Below are positions 53,501-64,000 of a stretch of 64,000 bases of DNA, one piece after another (the first letter of the stretch is position 1; each line of letters begins with the position of its first letter). Below the pieces are notes generated by a model, which was given only the letters and a program-made list of their open reading frames with translations, did no database searches and was not told the origin of the DNA. This stretch comes from Lingula anatina (Eukaryota; Animalia; Brachiopoda). A program made the position numbers and the translations under genes. Location of the stretch: contig CM120646.1 of assembly GCA_051362555.1 (NCBI GenBank), forward strand, positions 3,472,001 through 3,536,000. The letters are read 5' to 3'.

Positions 53501-56500
53501 AGTCAGGAAAGCAGTTAATTAAGAATTTATTGTCTTACTTAGTATTATAATTTAGCCCACTACTTAAACCATTTGAATCAGTAAATTTGGGATCTTGGGT
53601 CAGTCCAACATGACTGGAAGTATGACTTACAAATACAGGTTTAAGAAGGACCGCACTGCTGAAGTTTTGAACATTGGTAACACGTGAACCATCATGTACA
53701 CAATAGTTCTGACACAAGAGTTGTCTGAATGACCAATTTATCCTGCTTTTTAATCTTCTGTATTTGTAAAAGGGGAATTCATTGTTAAGTTTTGGATTTT
53801 GAATTTTCAGCGAGGTGGACAAGGGCCTCCAGAAGCGCAGCTGCCTATACAAGAATGAAGACCGGAACGAACAGTGCAATAACACAGCATTGCCATATAC
53901 CAATCATTGTATCAAACGTATCCTTAACCTAACAGACAAATTGACAAGCAGTGCTAACAAAATATCAGGGTTCACATTAACTTCTTGGATTCAATTTTAC
54001 AGAGAAATGTTCAAAAAGATTATTTATGTTTCAGTACTACAATTAATAATAGTACAATAGTTGTACAGTTTCAGTAATTTCAATAACTAATATTATCATC
54101 TCTAGAGACTGTGCGTGTATCTATAGAGACTGTGTGTTTCCTTAATCAGCCTCTCCAGATATAATGTATAATGTAGACCAGCAGTTGTTCGACTACTGTA
54201 CGGCCAAAACAGCCGACAATACTCAGTGCTGTTTCCCGACCTTTGACCTACGGCACGACATGCCTCTCTGCATGCAACACGGGAAGAGCGCCGTAAGTTT
54301 GGTTTTTTCATCCTCCCTGTTCTTGTTAATGGATTTGACTGGGTCTGGTTAACAAGTTTAGATTGATGCATAAGGTAGACACAGAGTGAATTTGTTATGC
54401 AGTTATGCAGAAATCTGGGCGATAATAATAAAATGTTGCAAAGTTTCAGCTAGTTAAGGAAAAGAAAAAAAAGTCTTTTAGGCAAATTTAGCCCCAAGCA
54501 ATCATTTATATAATATTTTTATATTGCAGGATAATTATGTCCCAGAGCCTGTGCCGGAAACTGAGCTTTTAAAAAGACCCAGGAAGAAGACCAAGCCCTC
54601 TGCACTCACCAGGAAAACCAAGAAGAAGAAAAAAGTACCCAATGTCCGCCCTGAAGAAGTCACAGCTCTGCAAGAGGAGTCAGATGGTGAGACATTTAGA
54701 TTTAATCCAGGCTGTGTATAATAATTTTATCTTGTTGAATATATGAGTCTTAAAGTTATATAAAAATGAATGATGATAAACAAAGGGTTGTACTTTTTTC
54801 ACAACAACGTGTCATATACTTAATAATGAGTTTAGCAAGTCTATGTCTCCTTGTATAAATTGGTAGGCAGTTGCCACTCAGGGTTTTCACCAGATTTAAT
54901 GTTAGTGCGGTTTTGATACCCATCCATAAAAAAGGGGGAGATAATTATGTCTTTGGGACAGGGAGAAAATAAGGTCTTTTCCTGTGAGAGCAACAACCCC
55001 CCACCCCCACCCACGAAAATAATAATAGTAATTAATTAATTTGAAAAATAAATTATTACTATTAAAGAGGAAGAGAGAGACAAAGGGAAGAAGGGGAAGG
55101 ATGTGATATCCTCTGTAAACAATATTTCACAACCTTTCACAATTCCTTCCAGACGGGCATGAACCAGGTAGCCCAGAACATCACCCGGCACTGGACCACT
55201 CGCGAGATCAGCTGCCTCCACAGAGATCAGGAGGGGGAACAAAACTGCCCTCTGGTGGTGGGGCACCGGCTCCTCTTGCTGCTGCAGCCAATGACATTAG
55301 TGATGACCTTCAGGGTGGCCTTGAAGCTGACCTTGAAGAAGTTTTATCACCAGGTATACAAGGTTTTAAATTGTTCAGATTTTTATTTTGTCACTTTTTA
55401 ACTTTTAATTTATCTGAAAATGGGTACCAGTATAGGGAAGTTTTTAAAAAGGAGAGCTCTATGAAAATTAGTGTCATAATAATTTTAATATTTTGTGATA
55501 TGCTATAAATCACTTTTCCTATTTTTACTAGGTGCAATTGACAAAAATCTCTGAAATTACTTGTCATAATTGACATTATCTCCTATAATTCCTATTTTTA
55601 CTAGGTGCAATTGATAAGTCATTTGACCTCCCCCTGGACCAGGCCTCCAAGCTGTTAGATGACAATGACATCCATGAAGTCCTTAATAAGCTTCCAGATG
55701 ACTTGGATCTTTTCTCAGGTATGACAACTACAGGGTCTCTGTCTCTATGCTGTGTGGAAACTGGTGTAAACAGTTGCATGATATATTGGCTGATTACTGT
55801 CTATTTTTAGATCTGATAATATTTTACCCTACTTGTGCAGATCCACAGTAAAAAGTAGGATTGAGGGGGTATAATTGCCCCCTATTCTGAATGGGGCTTA
55901 TGAGATTATGGTGAATAAAAAAAAAAATCCAACTACGACAAGAGAAAAATCATCATAATATTATTTTTAAAAAATCTATATTTCTTTGAAAATCTGTTTC
56001 CTAGGTAAAAATGGTGAATTTGAACCAACAACGGAGGAACTAGAGAGGGCCTTGGCAGCTGCTTCTGGCTATTCCAAAGACTCCTTGGAAAATATGGAGA
56101 AAGACCTCCCAGAAATGACTGAGGAGGAATTAACTGACAGGATAACAGATACTATCCTCGAGACTGAAAACCTCAATGCTTCTTTTGGTGACTTGAGCAA
56201 TGAAAATCTGAACCAGCTCGCCTCTTTGGCACATAGTATATCGGCCAATGAATTCAAAGCTATGGCGCAGACTGCAAGCTCCACTCCAGTGTTCACAAAC
56301 AATAGCATGGTGTCAGAATCACAGACGTACTCTCACAGGCCCCATGGCCAGGTGCATGCGCAAGGCCAAGGTCAAATGTATCCAGGTCAAGGTCACTTTT
56401 CTCAGATACAGAGTGCATTGAGTAATGGGATCTATATGGGAGGTCAGGGACTGCCTCAGCAACAGCAACCACCACCACAACAGCAGCAGCAGCATCCAGG

Positions 56501-57125
56501 TTACATACAGAGACAATATTCACATCCTTCTCAGCAGATCTACCAGCCCGAGGGTCAGGTCATGGTGCCTCACAGGACCTCGCCGGGACATTTTGGCAAC
56601 GGGCACGCCAACGTGTCGCCTCACGCTGTTAACGGGGCAGTTCTGGCCGGGGATCACATCCCGCCCTCTCCTCACCAGCACTCGCCTCTCAACCCGCGCT
56701 CCCCTATGCATGCGCAGTCGCCTCTTCCAGGACACATGCCCGTGCATGCACAGTCGCCCATGCAGTCGCCATTGCCCAGCGCGCGGCCCTGGTTTCCCCA
56801 GGGCCAAGAGCGACCCCTCACCCCAGGGACACCAGTCAGTTACCATAATGGCTACCCGATGGGGACACCGCCATATTCCCAATCTGTGGGACCCTCACCA
56901 CCGAGTCTGAAGTACACATATGCATCTAACCAGTTTCAGAACAGTGAGTTCATTCATCAAGAAGGGAGGTTCCCCCAGCATCTGAACATGACTGTGAACC
57001 CACAGTTGATTCAGAGGGGTTTTGAGGCCAACCAGGGGGGGTTCCATCCCCAGTGGCCTGGGCAGCATGGACAGTACCACCCCAGGGCAGGTCATGGCAT
57101 GATGCACACACAAGGAGGCTCTTAA
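50258..57125 (+). CDS. INO80D: INO80 complex subunit D, 10 coding exons: 50258-50475, 51359-52428, 52675-52777, 53085-53327, 53811-53917, 54159-54292, 54530-54686, 55153-55353, 55605-55718, 56005-57125
   Basis: N-terminus MYEGKNIHYSPVDNKPLC...YGFCVRHILED..APFKQC (zf-C3Hc3H), second Cys/His domain (CNNTALPYTNHCIKHI..QQLF..C) and GKNGEFEPTTEELERAL motif match INO80D; junctions in frame. Confidence 0.93.
53918..54158 (+). other. U12-type GT-AG intron in INO80D
   Basis: 5' splice site GTATCCTT; branch TTTCCTTAAT at ~54137-54146; CAG acceptor at 54156-54158; frame restored (CIK-H-IMY). Confidence 0.88.
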
Positions 57126-60100
57126 CAATTAGTACGGGATTGGAAATTATCTGCCTAGAAAGCACTGGGGAAATTATGATATCTGGACAGTTATGGACAG
57201 TTCTATGTATTGTTTGGCACCCTTACAAGTATGATTCCTGCACTACAACTTAGAAATATTTGAGGAATGGAGGCCCTGGTAATCTGCATCGCCATGACAA
57301 CTTATGTGATGGAGACACGCAAGTGTGGAAGACTGCAGGTTTTTAGGGGTGGGGTTTGGGTGGAGAGGGCGTTTGCTTGTTGAAAAGACTATCTGGAGAA
57401 ATGACGGAACAGAGTGCACAATTTGTGGAGACTGATGTTTCATAGTGATGGGACTGAGCTTTTGTTTCTGCTTCTCTGCGCTGTGTAGCCACTGTTGATG
57501 TGATAAGCAAGTCCTGTGTTAGCTGATGATGATTATATGTAATGGTAGCTATGTCACAGAGCAATGCGGGTACATTGTTAGTCAGAACTAGTATGTGTGC
57601 TATACAGAGACTAGATAAAATTATATAGATATATAACACAAAATAAGTATGGAATTTTTTTTACCTAATGGAACTTGAAATATTTCAGGCTACAGACAGA
57701 TTACTAGTCAACAGTTATCATGATGGGAATTAATCAAAATATTTAGATTATGTTCTCTGTGTAGACTTAGCCTCCGTGTACTTGTTTTGTTGGTTTGACT
57801 TCTGGTAGGAGTACATTGAGTGATGTGCACTTGTTCCTGTATTTTAGGTCACTGAATTTGGTGTTGTGCTGTTGTACCTGTGTGTGTGTGTGTAGGGTTT
57901 TAGTTGATATCAGTAGGTCCTTTTATGGAGTACAGCTTTTTTTCCGTACTGGTTAGAACAGTTCAGTTATATGTAAAATCCTCCAGTTATATGGTAACAT
58001 TCAAATTTTAAACCCTTTTTTGTTTGAGCAGTATGCTTTTTCCCACACCTCTTCCCGTTAGAAATTCTTTAATTTTTCCTGAAGAGGTTTCATATATTGT
58101 CACAAGTATCAGTTGAATATCGGAATGCCATACCACTAAGCGTATACTATATTCAGGAATTATTCCCTTTGATATTAGAACTTTTTGCATAACATACCTG
58201 TGACTTACTCAACTTATTACCAAGTCCCTTAATTGCTTGCTTTCTAGAAACAAATTATTACTTTATAACTCCATTTGAGGACAGTGCTGCTCCTTACCTG
58301 CTGAGGGCAAAGCTCTGGCTTGTCTGCCCCTTTGGAGCCTCTAGTGAAAAGGGTTAATACGATCTCCAATTTTTGGCAGGGTGGGGGTGGTTGATTTCAA
58401 CTTTTTTCTTTCTTTCTTTTTAAAAAATTATTGGCGCTGTTTAAAAGTAGAGGTGGGGACCTTTGCAAGGCTGTTAAAGCCCTTTTCCAGACAGAGGTAC
58501 TTTAAGGGTCTCTCACAGTGAACTGGTCGATTTAAGTATACCCTTGGTTGGCAAGAGGGATTAAGACTAGATGATGTCACTTGCGTGAGACCAGTTTGGG
58601 TCAGATAAATCGGGAAGAATTGTAGCATGTACATAGCAAATGCAGGGCAGCAGCATGCATGGGCATCTATGCTGTAAGTTGTGATACCATGGCTTTGTAG
58701 ATAAATTTTGTTTGTTTTGAGAATTATTATAGCCGGTGAAAGTAGATTTATCTATAAATGATATTGAGTATTGATTGAGCGACTTGACTAATTCTGTATG
58801 AATATCAGGGTGGAAATACAGAGTGGGTTAGGCTCTTATCAGAATAAGGTTTTTTAAATATTAAATCATTCAGTTTTAAAATATGTGAAGAACCATGCAT
58901 TAGTGATATATGTGTGGGCCCCTGTCAGGTTGTATTTTATTGTTTTAGTGAAAGTAGTGCTACTGTTACGTCAAATTTGAGAACTTTTTCTTATTGTAGA
59001 CCAGTGCAAAATAAAATGTGCATAAGGTTAGAGGTTTTAACCTTTCTGAGCAAAAAATGTTAGGTTGATGAAATAATGGTCAAAATTGTCAGTAGAAGTA
59101 AATCTGTAACTCTTTTTTACAGTCTGAAATTGTAGAAAGAATATAATTTTACTGAAGTACAAATTTTCATAAAGATAACCTTTGCAAGGATACTCTGCTG
59201 TTAGTAATAGAAGTTACTATAATGGTAGTTTTTGTTTATCCAGACTTAGTTTTCTGTAAAATAACGGAAACTAACCACGTGTAAATCTGGAGATACCTAT
59301 TAATCGTTCTAGGCAGCTGTCCTAGAATCAAATAATGTAAATATAAATATATGAAATAGCAAATGAAAAGGAGAAAAAAGTCCATTCGAAGGATGATAGA
59401 TATTTTTATGTGGTGCTATTTATTGAATTTTGTACATGTAATAATATGCTTGTGTTCTAAACTTTTTTACTGGTATATGTACATTGTCCCGTCTATGTTA
59501 TTTCACAAGGAACCATGATTAAATTCTATCAAGATTTGCTGAGTTTTTATGTTCTGCTTTTATTCAACCGATTCCATAGCAGAAAAAATGCAAAAAATAT
59601 CCTTCCTGAAATTTATAATTTATTCCCACAAGAAAACAAATACATTTATATTTAACAATCCATTTAGAGTATTATCAATCCCAATGTGCTGTAAGCTGCT
59701 CAGATAGTACACAGTTCAAGAGAATACTGGAAAATATCCTGTAAGTGTAGAATATGCAGGTTATAATACAGGATAGCTCCTAGTAATTGCTATAACTTTT
59801 GGTGCATAAATAGTGGTTTACAAATAAAATGTTTATTTACTGCACATATATGCGTAGCACTAACAGAAATTGCAGAAAATGTTAAAAACATACAAAAAAC
59901 TATAATTGTAATTCAAGTCTTTTTTTTTATACTACAAATTTTTCTGAACCTATATCAAATGGCTACAATTGTCAACAAGACGACGTAGATTGCCACATTG
60001 TGGATACAAAGCCAGAATATGTAATTCCATTTAATAGTGCACAAAATAGTACATGAAAGTTACCATGATAAATGAAAGCATAAAAGGATTTGTCCCTAAA

Positions 60101-60781
60101 CTGGAGTTTCAGCAATCGGACTGAGAGTAGTAGATAACTCCTTGTTAAACTACAACATTATTGGAAAAAACTTCAGAGATGACATTATTTGTTCAACTGT
60201 TAATGACAAAAAAGGGGTCCATCTTCCCTTCAACTGCAAAATATGGCACAAAAAGTTAAAAGATGTGAAGAAAATATACAAAAGGGAAATGTGCATCCTC
60301 AAAGATTATCCCAGACATCCACCCTGAACTTGTTTCTTGAATGCCACATGTTATGCATGTGGCATTCAAGAAACAAGCACACAGGATTTACAAACAATAC
60401 AGTGTGGAAAACATGCCAACAAAACATAGGCCTTTTTACCAATATAAAATATTTAATAAATAAATTAATAACCATTATGTTAAGAAACATACTTGTTAAT
60501 CTAGCATATCAAAGATATTATTTAAACTCCAAAACTTACATCTGGTAAATTTTATACTAAAATTCACAAGAATCCCTCCTAGGACAACCTGTAAATTACA
60601 CAAATTTATAATACATACACTAAAATAAAATCAGACTTAAAATATGGAATTGAAAAATATATAAACATGAGATACACATAAGGAAATGACAAAAAATATG
60701 CTGCCAGCACCAGTACAATTTGTGAGGATAATTCCACCAGAATCTCTGTTCAGGAGATTTGACTAGAACATTTAACCAACC

Positions 60782-60813
<32 letters not shown>

Positions 60814-61620
60814 TTGACAAAAATTGTATATAATTTTGAGTTCAACTTTAACATGTTTTGATTATTGTCATAACAAAAACCCAAGGCTTCCTAACCAACA
60901 TACTTCCTTACTGACTTCAAAACTTCAGTTGGAATCGCCTGTATTCTATATTTGGGATAACGTATGGCATAAGATGGTGAATAGTCCCTGTAAAGTAGTA
61001 CAAATGGTAGGCCAACTGGGGAACCACTGGGTCAGGTGACACAGCTTAACTGGGTCATCGCTGGGTCAGAGGTCAATGGAAAATCCTGAACAAACTGCCA
61101 TTTGACTGTCACCAACCATCCTCACTTAAAGCTCTGAAATGATAATAGAAAATTTTATTTTATTTTTTTCGAAATCTGCTTATTTGACATCATTCTACAA
61201 ACACAATGATACTACTTTATTTCAGGCCTGTAGGCAGGAGGGGGTTTTAGGGCTTTGAAGGAAAAGGAAAGCCAAAGCCCACTCTCAATCAAAATTAATT
61301 TCCATTTCTCAACCTGGGTCAACTGCATGGGCAAAAAGAAAAAAAAAGGATTCAGTTTTTTTTTAGAAATAAATACCCCTCCTTTGAAATTGCTGGCTAC
61401 AGGTCTGATATTCCAACCATTACTAATTACCCAACTTTCACCTGTCACTCTACATGTAAATGATACCATGTATCACCTCTGTGTGAATGGCAAGGGAAAT
61501 TCATGAAAGTCAAGTAAAACATTCAGAAATGAAAGCAAAGAGGAAGTACTGAACAATTCAGCAAGAGTTACCAGTAAACATTTCAAACCAAGGAAAAGAC
61601 ATCTACTTCCTTGACCAAAA

Positions 61621-64000
61621 CTAGAGGATCAGAGAGGCGATACCGCCTCCAAATATTGTACCACCAGCTGGAGCAAACGCATTCGTATAGACCCCCACAT
61701 ACACAAAATAAGGGACACAGCCACCAGTTTTGTGCTTGACAAGCTGTAAAAATGCAATCAACAAGAATTTTTTAACTATTGCAAAAAATATATATGGTAC
61801 AATCAAATTTAAGTTCTTCGTAAGGTAGGTCAAGGGTCAATTTCAAGGTCACAGTAAATTGCCAGTATATGACTTCCTATTCAAGTTCAAGAGTAACTAT
61901 GGACCTATCTCTGTCAAGTTTGAAGTTAAAAGAGAAAGAAATTAGCAGAGTTCAGTTCATGATAAAAAGTAGGTCAAAGGTCAATTTCAAGGTCACACTT
62001 AGATTGCCAGTATAGGACTTCCTATTCAAGTTCAATAGTAACTACGGACCTATCTCAGCCAGTTTTGGAGATAAAAGGGAAGCAAAATTTGCAAAATTCA
62101 GTTCATGGTGAAAAGTAGGTCAAAGGTCAATTTCAAGGTCACATTTACATTGCCAGTATATGACTTTCTATTCAAGATCAATAGTAACTATGGACCTATC
62201 TCTGCCAGTTTTGGAGATAAAAGGGAAGCAAAATTTGCAAAGTTCAGTTTATGGTGAAAAGTAGGACAAAGGTCAATTTTAATGTCACATTTATAATGGC
62301 AGTATATGACTTCCTATTCAAGTTCAATAGTAACTACGGACCTATCTCAGCCAGTTTTGGAGATAAAAGGAAAGCAAAATTTGCAAAATTCAGTTCATGG
62401 TGTAAAGTAGGTCAAAGGTCAATTTTAAGGTCACATTTAGATTGCCAGTATGTGACTTCCTATTCAAGTTCAATAGTAACTATGGACCTATCTCTGCCAG
62501 TTTTGGAGATAAAAGGGCAGAAAAGTTTGCAAAGTTCAGTTTATGGTGAAAAGTAGGTCAAAGGTCAATTTCAAGGTCACATTTAGATTGCCAGTATATG
62601 ACTTCCTATTCAAGTTCAATAGTAACTATGGACCTATCTCTGCCAGTTTCGGAGATAAAAGGAAAGCAAAATTTGCAAAATTCAGTTCATGGTGAAAAGT
62701 AGGTCAAAGGTCAATTTTAATGTCACATATAGATTGCCAGTATATGACTTCCTATTCAAGTTCAATAGTAACTACGGACCTATCTCTGCCAGTTTTGGAG
62801 ATAAAAGGAAAGCAAAATTTGCAAAATTCAGTTCATGGTGTAAAGTAGGTCAAAGGTCAATTTTAAGGTCACATTTAGATTGCCAGTATATGACTTCCTA
62901 TTCAAGTTCAATAGTAACTATGGACCTATCTCTGCCAGTTTTGGAGATAAAAGGGAAGAAAAATTTGCAAAGTTCAGTTCATGGTGAAAAGTAGGTCAAA
63001 GGTCAATTTCAAGGTCAAAGTAAGATTGCCAGTATATGACTTCCTATTCAACTTCAATAGTAACTATGGACCTATCTCTGCCAGTTTTGGAGATATAAGG
63101 GACTAGATGTTATAATTTTGGAGTTACCATAATGTGCCTTAAATTTCGTACAGAAAAAATTAATTAAAATAAAGAAAATGTCATTTTGGTCAAAATTCTT
63201 GAAATAGGAGGTGCTCTGAAGTTTCAGAATTTCAAATTTGATGAAATAATGTCATTTTTGAACACAAGTTGTCTGCTTTGCCAAGCCTTATGTTTTATTT
63301 TTCCACAGTTCAAAATTTATTATCCATTACCGTACTGCACATTTTGCTTTTACCACCAATATGTACTTTTTGATACAGCGTAACTCGAAAACCGTATGGA
63401 ATACAAAAAAACCGAGACCACCTCCAGTGTTGGGCTTTACATGCTCTACAAAATGCAAAAAAGATTGGGTCTCTAGCATTAACGGTTCCCGAATTAGAGA
63501 CAGTTTTCAGTTTCAGTATCTTATGGCCGCTACTTCCGTGAAAATGCACCGATTGACCCCAAATTCATGGAGATGAAAGATGACCTGAAGGGTAACACTT
63601 TCCAATAATATTATTGGTTAAGTCTGTGTGGTGTCTGAATAACAGGGCAAAAAAAATTTTTTTCGTAAAAAATTTCATTTTTTTGAAAATTTTGGCCCAT
63701 TTGACCTTGAAGTAGAGGTCAAAGGTCAAATCCAAGGGTATATTTGAAATCTACACATATGACTTTTGGAAAGCCGTCTATAGAAATTTTTCCCATAACT
63801 CCTTCCGTAGGGTAGATAATTAGCATTTAATTTTGCCATTTTTAGACAAGGGTGCATTGCAATGAGTGCCACACCCAGACCCCAATACCGACAAAGCCCA
63901 AATTTTACGTGGAACGAGTTGAGATTATAGGTGACCTAAATCCATGAGATGGGTACGGGGGCCCTTACCGTCTAGGAGGAGAAGCAGTAACGGTAGCCGT
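61621..64000 (-). mobile_element. Helitron/Helentron-like non-autonomous element carrying a satellite array, probably running past the window end
   Basis: Minus-strand 3' end: GAGGCG-GTAT-CGCCTC hairpin followed by CTAG|T at 61624-61621; internal tandem array; degenerate units in both orientations at ~63700-63780. Confidence 0.65.
61821..63100. repeat. 146-bp tandem satellite, ~9 units
   Basis: AAGTAGGTCAAAGGTCAATTT recurs at ~61967, 62113, 62259, 62406, 62551, 62697, 62843 and 62989. Confidence 0.95.

Noticed and set aside
59550-61620. Probable long 3' UTR of a minus-strand gene converging on INO80D
   Set aside because: Suggested only by strand composition and AATAAA motifs; no coding exon lies in the window.
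61821-63100. CRISPR-like array or repeat-encoded proteins (ORFs 62251-62556, 62689-62994)
   Set aside because: Contiguous monomers without unique spacers; a 146-bp period is not a multiple of 3, so the ORFs are incidental.

Overview
AT-rich, intron-containing animal genomic DNA, probably a lophotrochozoan invertebrate such as a mollusc (inferred from gene content and repeat types; not provable here). Bases ~0.3-20 kb are a tandem-duplicated, transposon-riddled cluster of three minus-strand TIR-domain exons. Two of them can be spliced in frame, with consistent phases, to three further exons, giving ~405 and ~411 aa proteins: a TIRAP/Mal-like N-terminal TIR lacking the canonical NADase Glu, an acidic/Pro-rich linker with TRAF-type motifs, and a conserved amphipathic/hydrophobic C-terminal tail. 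The middle copy has only the TIR exon. Paralogous empty sites confirm several DNA-transposon insertions (Tc1/mariner, Chapaev-like, P-like, Helitron-like). The rest holds conserved genes: HDHD5/CECR5 (+), a small single-TM COX14-like gene (+), WDR37 (-) and INO80D (+), the last two head-to-head. HDHD5 and INO80D each have a U12-type intron. The window ends in a Helitron-like element carrying a 146-bp satellite with a 3-mer higher-order structure and nuclear-receptor-like DR1 motifs. All gene models are hand-built from splice signals and reading-frame continuity, without transcript evidence.
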